From Octopus vulgaris (taxonomy: Eukaryota): DNA of 64,000 nt. This document shows, piece after piece, positions 27,891 through 40,494 of the stretch. The DNA is taken from assembly GCA_951406725.2 (NCBI GenBank), contig OX597814.1, positions 10,168,001 to 10,232,000 of the forward strand, written 5' to 3'. Within the stretch, counting starts at the first letter, position 1. Each line of letters starts with the position of its first letter. The notes under the pieces are model-generated. The model had not been told where the DNA came from. It saw nothing but the letters and a program-made list of their open reading frames with translations, and made no database searches. Made by a program: the position numbers and the translations under genes.

Positions 27891-28064
27891 ACACACACAA
27901 CACCCACTCTCACACACACACACACACACACACCACACACACCACACCAGACCACTACACACACACACACCACACACACAACACACACACACACACACCA
28001 CACACATACACAAACACCACACACACACCCACTCACACACATACACACACACACACACACACAC
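27784..28064. repeat. (CA)n-rich microsatellite
   Basis: Read directly from sequence. Confidence 0.95.
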
Positions 28065-29050
28065 AGAGTGTTAGTAATTGAAATCGTCAAGCTTGAATGT
28101 GTTCAAGAAGAGACAAGAAAAAGTGATCTCTCGCTTGGAGAAGTTAATCAAACTATTTTAGTTTAGATTACTTAACAACAGTTTAGCACGCAACACTTCA
28201 CTTTGTTACTGTTTGTTTTACATTACATGCCTGACTCCGTCCCGGTCTATGTATATGAATTGAACATTAAGGGTTGGTACATATACACACCTCAAACATA
28301 CAGGAATATGGACACACATACTCTCCCTCGCTCCTTTTCTCTCACACACACAAAAAAAACAAGCGTACACACATACACGCACATACACAAACGCATACAT
28401 ACACACACTCGTGTACTAGTAAAGTAGAGGGAGAGAGTTTGGTCAGGCGTTCGACCTGTTTCAAGTCACACCCTACCGTCTCAAAAGTATATAACAGACC
28501 GAAGTAGATATTGAAAATAGTGTTTCCGGATAAACTAGGTCTCAAAAGATAATGCGTTGTGCACGATCAGAATGGCTTTGAAAATACATTTAGTTGATCA
28601 GGACGAAACTAAACTTGAAGCTAATCTACCCCCCCCCCCAAGAAAAAAACACTCGCATATACAAACACACGCACGTAAGCAATCACACACACAGATGCGC
28701 ACAAACGCAAACACACACGCACAGATACATACATATGCAAGCGTATATAAGCATATCTAGACATGCAACTATATGCATTAGAATACATACATAAGATAAA
28801 ACATACAAATCTGGCACATGTACATACATACACGCATATATACATACATAATACATACGTAATATATATATATATATATATACCTTCGAAACACGCATTG
28901 AGTCGATCCAGGGGCAGCTGATGAAGGGGAATTTTCCCTGTATTGTTTGTCCTGTACTCTGTTTTTTCGTTGTTAAAAAAGTCCGTTTCCTTGTTTGTTT
29001 CTATGTTTTCGTTTCTCGTTGTGTTCTACATTTATTTGCGGTGTCCTGTA

Positions 29051-29116
<66 letters not shown>

Positions 29117-29185
29117 TGTATATATACATATAGATGTAGGTACGTACATATATGTATGTATGCATATATTTTATTTATTAAACAG

Positions 29186-29246
<61 letters not shown>

Positions 29247-29805
29247 CATATGTACATACATGTATATGGACATGTAAGTATTAAAAGTTAGCAAACCAGC
29301 ATTATTCCAAGTTTCAAAGTCGCAAATGCATTCCTGATGAATGCAAAAATCCATGCTTAAGATATAAAAGTTATTGAAAATAACAATCCAATTAAATGAA
29401 TGATTATCTTCCACTTTAAAGAGAAACCACTGTAAAAAGAGTGCAAATCACTTATATGGTCTAGATTTTTAAAATTGCTGCTTTACACGATTGTAGTATC
29501 AGCAGACATTACTGATACACACGCGCGCGAGCACACATATATATAAGTATACGCACATACAGATGTACGTATATGTACTTTATATGTGGGTTAACAATGC
29601 TTCCAATAGTTTCATGTAAAGAGATTATGTACAATTGTTCAAGCGTAACTCATGGGAACATTGTTACCTGTCTCCATTGAGGATGAGAATACACGAGTTT
29701 ACACGAGACTGTACGCGATTTCAAAATAAATAATATACAGGTCACGGGAGATAACTTATTAGAACATCTTAATCGTTGTCTCTATCTTTAAGGTGTGCAT
29801 ATATA

Positions 29806-30980
29806 TTGGGCTGGCAGGAAAGTAATTTAATTTTTCTCAAATAGAGCTACGATGTTTTTGATTGACTTTTGTCAATGATATGATTTTTCATTTGACATTT
29901 GATAGTCGTTACTTTTAGCTTACTTTTTGCGCGTAATTTTGTTTACAGCTGTTAGTACAGTGTCAAATTTAACATTGAGTGCAAAAACGAACATTTTCGC
30001 CATATTTTGCTTTTTTGTTTCCGTAAAGGTAAGAAAGCTGCTGAGGCTCACAAAAAGATGTGTAGAGTTTATGGTGCTGGTCGACTACTGGAGTTGATGA
30101 TGACCGAATCAAAGCCATAATTGAATCTGATTGTCATATAACTGTGCGTGAGGTTGTAGAGAAGTTAAATGTATCACACGCAACAATTGAAAATCACTTG
30201 AAATGTCTTGGACTCGTTAAGGAGCTCGATATATGGGTTCCACATACATTGAAAATGATTCACTTAACACAACGAATCAATACTTGCGATATGCATCTCA
30301 AATGCAATGAAATCGACCTGTTTTTGAACTGGTGATAAAAAATTGATTGTCTACTATGACATCAGTCGAACACGATCATGGTCCAAGCGCAGTGACCCAG
30401 CACAAACCAAATGGAAAGCTGAATTGCATAAAAAAAATGTGATGCTGTATATTTGGTGGGATTATAAAGGTGTTGTTTCTTTTGAGCTTCTTCCAAGAAA
30501 CCAAATCATCAATTCAGATGAGATGTTTACTGTCAACAACTAATGAAACTGGAGGAAGTAATGGAAAAAAAACCGGCCAGAATTGGCAAGTCGTAAAGGA
30601 ATCGTGCTCCACCATGACAACGCTAGACGTCATTGCTAATTCGTGAAAAATTATTCGAGCTTAGTTGGGAAGTAATATCACATCTACCATATAACCTTGG
30701 CTTTGCACCATCAGATAACAATTTATTTCGAAGTTTGCAAAATTTTTTAAATGGTAAAACTTTCAATAAGGATGATGACCTGAAATCGCACTTGCTTCAA
30801 TTTTTGACTGATAAGGACCAGAAGTTCTATGAGCGCGGAATCATGAAGTTGCCAGGATATTAACAAAAAGACATCAAACAAGATGGAAAATATATAATTG
30901 AATAAAGTTCATTTTTTGTATGAAAACAAATGACTTTTATTTCATACTAAAAATCCGAAATTATTTTCTTGCCAACCCAA
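29806..30980 (+). mobile_element. Mariner (D,D34D) DNA transposon, degenerate, mellifera-subfamily-like
   Basis: TIRs TA|TTGGGCTGGCAGGAAAGTAATT and AATTATTTTCTTGCCAACCCAA. Transposase remnants EHFRHILLF.FRKG, WVPHTL, TGD.K, HHDNAR.H, HLPYNLGFAPSD(NNLF); frameshifts and deletions. Confidence 0.9.
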
Positions 30981-30988
30981 AACATCTT

Positions 30989-31050
<62 letters not shown>

Positions 31051-31084
31051 CATACATAGATACATATACATATATATGTATATA

Positions 31085-31295
31085 TACAGATATGTACTTG
31101 CATAGCAAGTGATTTGTTCTGAGATCGTGTGCTGAAAGAAAATCAATTGTGGCGTGGAAGATGTTTGTAACCCATTTAAGAATACGCAAAAGCCATTAGT
31201 TTCACTTCAACATTTAAATGTTATCAAAATATTTCCGTCACTTTCAAACCGCAACCTGTTCAATGACAAAACTTCGTGCCGCATCAGAAACTGTA
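31085..31295 (-). mobile_element. Penelope-like terminal-repeat fragment (family C) with a decayed hammerhead
   Basis: Minus strand ttttgtca-TTGAACA-G-GTTGC..GTGAC-GGAA-ATAT-TT-tgataa; homologous to 47559-47742. Confidence 0.6.
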
Positions 31296-31387
31296 ACAGT
31301 TAGTCACATAAATACATATATATCTTAAACTTGAAGGATGTAAAATCCTACTGTCTTTCTTTTATTTCCCTGCTATCATCTTATCTT

Positions 31388-31422
31388 TATCCTGAGGAAG
31401 GACTACGTCCAAAATGTCAGAT
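31388..31422 (+). ncRNA. Decayed minimal hammerhead motif
   Basis: atc-CTGAGGA-A-GGAC(TAC)GTCC-AAAA-TG-TC-agat; the differences from CGAAACGTC are two CpG-type transitions. Confidence 0.5.
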
Positions 31423-33129
31423 GCACGGCTCCCCATTACTTTATTTTGGTTAATTTCACATAACTCTTTCTGTGTCTCCGAATAATGCAAATTTTGCCGA
31501 CGCATCTAGAGACAGGTCTCCTTGGATTCTGTTTTATCTGATATTTTTATATGTGCATTTCTATACCTTAATTATTTCTTGGGAAAACATCAGTATCCAC
31601 AGTCTCGGTAACACGGTCCTGTCTCTTGAGGTCAAATGATTCATAGTCAGTTGAACGATTTGTTACATCGATGTTTTACACTGAAACAATATGTGGGAAA
31701 GGCGGACAAATATTACAGCTTCTACATAGTCGATCGCACTGAAAAAAATCCAAACCTCTCTCGAACCATAGTTCATTGTCTTACATATGGAAACATATGC
31801 TGGGTAATGTGTTTCTAGTATAGTATATATATCTATGGTTATCTGGAAGTTCGAGTTATCAGTCAACATCTTTTATAGCTCCTAGCGAGATATTGATGCA
31901 TTTTTCCCCTGAATAGAAAGCTTTCCTTACAAATGAAATTGTATTTCCTTTGTTTGTATTTTTAATTGTTTATCTTGTCTGTCTATGGCAGTTTTTTTTA
32001 TCGATTCTGAAATGAGGCAAAAGTGAAAGTGACTTCGTCACGATTTGACCATTGATCATAAAAGGCATGAGGATTTATTTTTAAAAATCAATATATTTTT
32101 CCTGAACGCGGTTGGAGATAATTTACCTGAAACCGGAATGGTTTTATCAAATTTCTCGTACGACACAAATTTGGACAGGACTCGCAGTGAGATGACTATC
32201 CAAATATTCACCTATTGTTGGTGAGGCCAAACTGTCAGGGCCTTTTAATATATTTCTGAATCAATAATGATTTCGTTTTTATATCTAACTGCTTAAGAGC
32301 GCCTTTTATATTTGGTATACCAACACAGGATCTCCATATACAACACACTTCTACACAGAAACGTAATATGCAAATAGACTATTAGATAGAAGTTTTGGGA
32401 AAGGGTGGTTTCTTAAGTTGTCTTCCGCAAAAACTTCGAAGTAAATGTCAACTTTTCTGTAACTCGTATTTAAAGCTACATTTCGGATTGGGTCCTTTGC
32501 TGTTTACATACAATTAAGAACAGATATATATGCACGTGTGTGTATATGTGTGCGTATGTCTGTGTGCGTGCGTATGTGCATGTGTGTATACATGTATGTC
32601 TATCCTATAGATATGTGTATATTTGTTTGTATGCGTGCGGACACTTATCTATACCTAGTTATCAACTCGTAAACATGAATCTGTAACGTTAAGGACAGCT
32701 CTGACATTCAGTACGCAATAAAGAAATTGATAATAAAGCCAGTATATTTATGACGTAATTGATAGATGACAGTGAAAATAGCGGAAAGATAGCGTTTCAG
32801 AAAAAAATGGTATATAAAACGTTTCGAGAAAATGGAAGGATTATAGTGCCTTTTAATGGCGTCTGAAATGCCAGGATGTAGACAATGTCTGACAAACGAC
32901 TTAGTGCGCGTCGTTCTGCGTAACTGTATGTCTCTGCATGTGTATTATTTCGAATATGAAAAAAAAGAACTTATGTAAATATATCTAACATTATCATTAT
33001 CTTTACTACAACCGACGGTATTAACAAATGTAATCTATTACTGTACCTACTCTATCCAAATTGTGAACACTTACACCACCGCTTTTATCGGTAGAAACAT
33101 CCCCACTTATTTTACCAAAATATTAGCTC

Positions 33130-33360
33130 CAAATTCTGGTACAAGGCCAGTAGGTATGGAGAAGGGGCTAAGTTGACCCTAGTGTTCAATTAATGTTTAT
33201 TTTATCGATCCTGACATGATGGAAAGCAAAGTTGATCCCGGTGGAAGGATGAAAGAGGTAAAGCCGACCTCGGCTTATTTTGAACTTAGAAGGTAAAGAC
33301 AGACGAAATACTGCTAAGCATTTTGTCCGGCATGCAAACGATTCTGCTAAGTTTCTACCA
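33130..33360 (-). mobile_element. Nin/Deu-domain SINE (family 2), degenerate
   Basis: Reverse complement similarity (CCGACCTCGGC..TTTGAACTTAGAA..GACGAAATACTGCTAAGCATTTT..CCGG). Confidence 0.6.
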
Positions 33361-33447
33361 GAATATGGATATATAAATTGCCTACCCAGAGACAATGTAC
33401 GTAAGAAATATAACTGATGAGTGTAAAGTGAGCGAAAGATAAAAAGG

Positions 33448-33484
<37 letters not shown>

Positions 33485-35279
33485 AAGAGAGAAAGAGAGT
33501 ATGACAGAGACAGAAAGAGAAAGAGATGAAGATACACAAACATGCAGAAAGAGTAGGCAGTGACTGATAAATGTGTTGGAGAATAAAGAACTATATTACC
33601 TATGCAGTAATTAAAAATAAATGCTACATTGACATACATAGAAGCATTACAATTAGGTAGGTTGAAAGTAAAAGGGATATCGTGTGTAGCAGGAAAAGTA
33701 AAATATTTTGATGTTTTGGGATCAGAATCTGTATTCAAGAAAAAAAAACTCATATCAGTGCAATGTTGCTCAGGAATAATAGTGGTAATGAAGGCCGGAA
33801 GTGAGTATATATGTAGTTTTAAAGCAAAGGGGATTTAGGTTGTGGAATGAAATGATAGACAGTGAGTTCTACTTCATTTTCGAAATAGTAAAATGAATGT
33901 AAAATATAACGAAATGAAAAACTGAAGCGGAAATGACGAAACGGTACACGTAGAGTGAAAACAAAAAGAATCAGCCGAAACGAAATCGGTGCTAAAGTGA
34001 AATTGGGTAAACCGATTACTGTGTTACCGTAGGTCTATATATGTGAGCACTATATATCCGAAAACTTCAAAAAGAACAACAATAAAATCAGATATACTGC
34101 TATTCTGCATCCCAGAGTGAAGGTTTGTAAAACATTTTTTTTTTAGAATTTGCTGCCAAATCTCCGTCAAATCAGAGCTTATTGTCTGTCGAGAAAGAAG
34201 TAGACAATTGAAATGGTTTATTTGTATCAATCTGGTTTCTTTTTATCTATCAATCTATATTTAGAACAGTGGAATAGACAGACATAGAAAATGGGAGACA
34301 TATATGAAGTGAGAGACATACACAAAGTGCAAGAGAGTGAAGATTGTGAGGGGGATGATGGTGATAGTACGTTTGTATGACATCAAACTTTTTTATTTGT
34401 TTCCCTCTCCAGTCTCTCTATAATCTTTCCATCTGTCTGTCTTTCAGTCTCTTACGCTGTATCACTCTCGGGGATTGTAGGACAGAAACAGAGATGGAAA
34501 CAAGAGAGATATGTAGTTTATGAGAAAATGAAATATATATATATATATATACATATATAGGTAGTGACGAATGTGGTGGTGTGAAAACTATCAAAACAGT
34601 CGAAGTTTACTGTAACCTAATGTCTTAAATAAATGTAGATTCCATCCTACCTTATTTAAATCATATAGTATTGGAGAAGATTATAGATTTTTTTCTATTC
34701 ATAAAATCTCATATTAGATACTGAAAATCGTAAAAACATTATTGGCTTATAATTTCTTAAAGATGTCTATTCGAAGGGATTCTGAAAGCTAATTATACAT
34801 CACTGATCATCCCTCTACATCGTCTTTTGTTATATTCATAAATATGGTTAACAGAAACAGAACAAGCACATGGAAAGACACATTACGTTGTAAACAACTT
34901 CCCGAGAGGCCTTCTAGGAAACTTCATCGACAGTTTAAATTCCGTTCAGGGACGCGTGTGAGTTTCACCTCCGGAAAACGAGCTCTAAATTTTGAGTAAT
35001 CTATCGTCGATTTTTATAAATCCTCCCAAAACAACTTTAAGTTCCTACCAACTGAAAAAGGAAAGATATTTTTCATCGGGCGAAATAGTGAAAAGCGAAA
35101 TGGGATAAATAAACTTCTGTGTAGATCTGTTAATTATTTTAGCATCCACTTACCCACAAAGTTTCATCAAGGAAACAACGCTGTATGTACGAATGTATCT
35201 GTCTGTCTGCTTGTTTGTTTATTTGTTTATCTATATCTCTCTCTATCTATCTTATATTTATCCTCCACCACTGTATTTG

Positions 35280-35522
35280 CCTTCCATCACTGTATGACAA
35301 CCTGTGTTGGAGTGTTTCGTCCCTGTAACATAGTAATTTGGCAAATGGGACCGATAGAATAAATATCAGGTTTTAAAAAAAAAATACTGGGGTCGATTCG
35401 TTCGACTAAAATTCATCAAGGTGCTGCTTCAGCATGCCACATTCAAAATAACTGAAACGAGCAATAGACAAAAGATACGCACATCCAAATATCCACACAC
35501 ACAGACACATACAGACACACAT

Positions 35523-35569
<47 letters not shown>

Positions 35570-36025
35570 AGCAGGCGTGGCTGTGTGGTAAAAAGCTTGC
35601 TTCGCAACCACATAGTTCCAGGTTCAGTCCCACTACGTAGCCCCTTGGGTAACTACTTTCTAGTGTAGCTTCGGCCCGACTATAGCCTTGCGAGGGGATT
35701 TGTTTGACGGAAACTAAAAGAAGCCCGTCTATATATATGTATATATATATATATATATTTGTGTGTGTGTGTGTATGCTATATGTATATATCTATTTGTG
35801 AGCGTCTTTGTGTCTGTGTTTGTCTCTCTCAACATCACTCGACAACCGATGTTCGTATGTTTACGTCCCCGTAACTTAGTAGTTAGGCAAAAGAAACCGA
35901 TGTAATAAGTAATAGGCTTACAAAGAATTACGTCGTAGGGTCAATTTCTTCAACTAAAAAACCCTTATTGGTGGTGCTCCAGCATGGCCACAGTTAAATA
36001 ACTGAAAGAAGTAAAAGAATAATAG
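35280..36025 (+). mobile_element. CORE-type SINEs (family 1): a 3' half (35280-35470) and a full copy (35568-36025)
   Basis: Head GGCGTGGCTGTGTGGTAAAAAGCTTGCTT, internal (TA)/(TG), tail GGTGGTGCTCCAGCATGGCCACAG. Confidence 0.8.
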
Positions 36026-36026
36026 A

Positions 36027-36058
<32 letters not shown>

Positions 36059-36107
36059 AAACAAGTCAAAAATAGAAAATGCTAAGATGATTTTATAGTG
36101 AATCTTT

Positions 36108-36145
36108 CAGTACCGGTTTCGGTCATTTTGAGACCTTTTCAACTG
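36108..36145 (-). ncRNA. Minimal type I hammerhead with a U3-A8 core variant
   Basis: cag-TTGAAAA-GGTC(TCAAAAT)GACC-GAAA-CCGG-TA-ctg. Perfect helices I (3 bp) and II (4 bp) and palindromic ACCGGT helix III; lies in a ~225 bp element (36053-36277) flanked by (TA)n. Confidence 0.7.
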
Positions 36146-36299
36146 TAACGATTAAATAATTAAATTTAGAAAAATTAGAAGAAAAGTTTTTTTAAAAGAA
36201 TATTTCTGTAGTAGTGTTCAGATATAAGTAGCATTCTGCCTTTCTCTGACTCCCTTGTTTGCACTTGTGTGTTCGAGGTATATATATATATATATATAC

Positions 36300-36890
36300 A
36301 TTAGATAAAACTTAGATGTGTTTCGACCAAATATTGGTCCAGGCCATGTCTAACTTAATAGCAGCACCTGATAGGATTATCTAAATCCTTTTAAAGTCAA
36401 GTTTTGTTTATGGTCCACTCAAGTAGTGAGTTCTTCTTGAGTGAGTTGTGTCCAGGTATGGGTGGCTTGTCTGGTATTCCTTGGAGAAATCTGTCCAGAT
36501 TGGTGTTGGGATTCTTTTCCCCTTTGATCTGTTTTGGGACAATGTTAAACAGAACAGGGCCTGTTGAGGAAAATAAATTATGTCGTAGTCTACCTATAAG
36601 TTGTGATCCTGAATTGGGCAGGGGACGTATGGCCCGTGGTCCTAGCCTTGGATGAACCTTGAAAGTAATGTTCAGGTCGGTTGAGCAATGCTGACGGTAT
36701 ACTCTCCACATCGTAAAAATGATGTGCCGCTCGCGGCGGCACAGGAGAGAGTAGCGTTTCAATACTTTAAGGCGGTCCCAATAATCGAGATCAGTTATGC
36801 CTTCAATTCGCTTAGTGAGTGCCCTCTTGGGTGATTCAATCCTCGAGATGTTTTGTTTTGTATGGGGAGACCACAAGGAGCAGCAGTGTT
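36300..36890 (-). mobile_element. CR1-group LINE 3' fragment
   Basis: ORF WSPHTKQNISRIESPKRALTKRIEGITDLDYWDRLKVLKRYSLLCRRER...GPVLFNIVPKQIK...LDRFLQGIPDKP; 3' UTR stem-loop CATGGCCTGGACCAATATTTGGTCGAAAC. Confidence 0.85.
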
Positions 36891-36956
36891 ATCTCTTTCT
36901 CTTTCTCTTTTACTTGTTTCAGTCATTTGACTGTGGCCATGCTGGAGCACCGCCTT

Positions 36957-37254
36957 TATATATAAGAATTATATATAACAATGGCGCATTTTTTAAAAGA
37001 CACCAGCTTTACTAAAGGTAGGAGTAAAAACACTCTGAAGACACAAAAATTAACATAATATATTCACAGACATGGTTGGAAAAAAAATTATGTAAAATAC
37101 GGATTGCGTCTTATTTCACTTAATTTATTTTTCAACCATGCCTGTGAAGATATAGTGTTAATTTTTGTGGTTTCGGTGTGATTTGACTCCTATTTTTAGC
37201 AAAGCTGGTGTCTTTAGTATAAAGCGCCCTTGTTATATATAGTTCTTTTATATA
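36957..37254. repeat. Long imperfect inverted repeat (foldback/MITE-like)
   Basis: About 140-bp arms, e.g. AAAGACACCAGCTTT/AAAGCTGGTGTCTTT, CACAAAAATTAACA/TGTTAATTTTTGTG, CATGGTTG/CAACCATG; TA runs at both ends. Confidence 0.8.
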
Positions 37255-37255
37255 T

Positions 37256-37556
37256 CAGGACCAGCTTCTGCAACAGCCTGGGTTTCAAGGGCCCACAGCT
37301 TTTTAATATTCTCCCAAAGAGTCTGAGGAACTTGCACAAAGTAGATGTAGCGGTTTTTAAATCAAAGCTGGACATCTTCCTGTCAAGAGACCCGGATGAA
37401 CCTACCTCACGGCAAGAGGGGCAAATGAGAGTAGCTATATCAAACTCCATTCTTCACCAAGTGTCACATATTAGACGAGGTTCGTCGTAATAACAGTGTA
37501 GCACAAAACGGCGGTGCATCAGCATGGCCGCAACTCTGAGCTGAGACTAGAAAAAA
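37256..37556 (+). mobile_element. CR1-group LINE 3' fragment (second family)
   Basis: FCNSLGFKGPQLFNILPKSLRNLHKVDVAVFKSKLDIFLSRDPDEPT...SNSILHQ then stop, then tail GGCGGTGCATCAGCATGGCCGCAACTCTGAGCTGAGACTAG and poly-A. Confidence 0.85.
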
Positions 37557-37646
37557 ATATATATCTAGTAATTTTGCCTATACGGTGTTAGCTTTAATAT
37601 CATTATCTCTGATGAGTATTAATTGTTCTTTCTGTATATTTACTTA

Positions 37647-37880
37647 CCTATTTCTTTACTACCCACAAGGGGCTAAACACAGAGGGGACAAACAAGGACA
37701 GATAAACTGATTAAGTCGATTACATCGACCCCAGTGCGTAACTGGTTCTTAATTTATCGACCCCGAAAGGATGAAAGGCAAAGTCGACCTCGGCGGAATT
37801 TGAACTCAGAACGTAACGGCAGACGAAATACGGCTACGCATTTCGCCCGGCGTGCTACCGTTTCTGCCAGCTCGTCGCCT
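37647..37880 (-). mobile_element. Nin/Deu-domain SINE (family 2), full length
   Basis: Near-exact reverse complement of 44161-44392. Confidence 0.9.
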
Positions 37881-37958
37881 GCATATATATATATATATGT
37901 GCTTATATATACACGTTATATGTATCTAACGACAAGTATATATGTACACGATTACATC

Positions 37959-38002
<44 letters not shown>

Positions 38003-38507
38003 ATATATATATATATATACATGTGTGTGTGTGTGTGTGTTTATAAAAAGATTGCAGCCGCTTAAATTTCATTTTTTTATTATTTTGTTGTTTATGCTAT
38101 TTGCTATTTTTATTGTTCTTGTTCTGATTTTTCATGTTTTGGTTTACTATTTTGACCTAACGACACCTTGTTCCAATGATGTTCTTTTGATATTTGACTT
38201 CAAAGATTATTTCGCTGTAGTCTTCACGCTCAAAGCAGTCAATCCCTCGTAAACCAATGGCGCCGACCCTTATTTGTGAGGTGGCATCAACCAGATAATC
38301 TCAGTCGATCTTCGTTAAAGACCGTGACGAAACGAATTCGTTTTACGTCAGCAACAGTTGGCCAGGTCTTTCACTTGTGTAAAGAAGCACATATGACGTT
38401 TGTATATACGAACTGTGTATATGTTCGTGTATGTAAACGTACATATAAACCTCATTTACATATAGCTGTATATATGTGTACTTATATATATATATATATA
38501 TATATAC

Positions 38508-38618
<111 letters not shown>

Positions 38619-38753
38619 AAGAAAATGGAGAAACACATCTTAATCAATGATCAACTACCAGATAATACCCAATCACATAGTTTATTAAACCACTACAGTC
38701 GTCTTATACACGGAAATATACGGTGTATGTATATATGTGTGTGTGTGTACACA

Positions 38754-38804
<51 letters not shown>

Positions 38805-38853
38805 ATATATCTAAATATGCATGTGCACACACACACATATACATATACATACA

Positions 38854-40058
38854 TCGTATATTTCCGTGTATAAGACAACTGCTAAATTACAAGACCATCT
38901 GTGTACAGGCTAGCTTTTGCAATAACAGGTCTCTTTAGAAATAGTGATCATGTAAAGATGATGTTATTACAAATGTTTTATTTTTACTTACTATATCCTT
39001 AGAAATTAAAATAAACGAAATAACAAATCCGTTTCTCTATCATGTTTTTTCCTACACACGTCACCTAAAAGGGAACTTTTTTCCTCTTCTTTATCAAAAC
39101 TTTATCGCTATCATAGCAATCGCTAACAACAATACGATAATGGTGGTTCATATGACTGAAATGTTGGAAACATTTACAGTTAGCCTGGGGTATTAATAAC
39201 CATTTTACCTGTACTTCATATAAAATCACAAACTGTCTAGTCAAGTGAAATTTATAATAATTTTATACCCATGTAGCGGTTTTTAAATCAAAGCTGGACA
39301 TCTTCCTGTCAAGAGTCCCAGATGAACCTACCTCACGACAAGAGGTGCAATTGAGAGTAGCTATATCAAACTCCATTCTTCACCAAGTGCCACATATTAG
39401 ACGAGGTTCGTCGCAATAACAGCGTAGCACAAAACGGCGGTGCATCAGCATGGCCGCAGCTCTGAGCTGAAACTAAAAAAAAAAAATACCTATGTGCAAC
39501 CACCAGCAAAAAGAGGAAAATTTGAGGCTAGTTTCAAATTGAAAGTTACTGAAATAGCCAAGAGTTCGAACGATTGTGCTGCTGCTTGAACATTCGATGA
39601 TAGATATTTTATAAAAAATATGTGTTCTTCTAAATGTTCTTCTAAATAACTACAGATATACATCACCGTTAAATTTTTTGAAAGGTTAGCGAAAGATAAA
39701 GGTTACTGTGAACACAACCATGTCTCGATGCTTATATTTTCTCAGCCGAGCTCGCATAGATAAAAGTTGATTTCAATGATATAGAATTACCTCTCCAATG
39801 GGCTATTTATTAACAAGATATGCCTATAATATATTAAGTAACAATGTTTTTATTACCTATATTATAGTCTTGTTTCTTTTTTTTTGTATTTTGTTAATCT
39901 GTTCACGTGTAACTGTGGTTACTACACGGGGATCGAGGTTAGCTTACTTATAAAATCGCTAAAAATTCAAAGTTTGATTCTTAGAATTTTGGTATAAGAC
40001 CCCAAATTTTTAGGGTAAATTTTAGGATTTAATGGTCATCTTATACGCAGAAATATAC

Positions 40059-40060
<2 letters not shown>
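38854..40060 (+). mobile_element. pogo/Tc2-like DNA transposon, internally deleted
   Basis: TIRs TCGTATATTTCCGTGTATAAGAC and ATCTTATACGCAGAAATATACAG|TA. Remnant PAKRGKFEASFKLKVTEIAKSSNDCAAA*TF at ~39500-39595 resembles the N-terminal HTH of pogo transposases. Confidence 0.65.
39271..39486 (+). mobile_element. CR1-group LINE 3' fragment nested in the pogo-like element
   Basis: Near identical to 37345-37556. Confidence 0.85.
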
Positions 40061-40138
<78 letters not shown>

Positions 40139-40160
40139 AACACACACACACACACACGCA

Positions 40161-40194
<34 letters not shown>

Positions 40195-40433
40195 AACACA
40201 CACGCTAAATTATTAAATCTGGCTTGTGAAATTGCTGGCTTGCTTACTAAAGCTCACTGCGCATATGTTTGAATAGTATATATTTAATTGGAGCTATAAA
40301 AAAATCTCTTTCGGTCCTTTCTACATTATCTTCTTATGAATATCAATTTATTTTTCGATTTTCAACAATATATTAAATGCTGATTTCTTCCTTTCTCTCT
40401 CTCACTCTTTCTCCGTTTCTCACTCTCTTTATA

Positions 40434-40494
<61 letters not shown>

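Noticed and set aside
28880-28960. CTGATGA followed by a hairpin
   Set aside because: No GAAA after the hairpin. It is probably a PLE-type remnant related to 48050-48230, but no complete ribozyme can be drawn.
36315-36350. Hammerhead-like hairpin followed by GAAAC
   Set aside because: No NUGANNA core upstream; it is the 3' UTR stem-loop of the adjacent CR1-group LINE.
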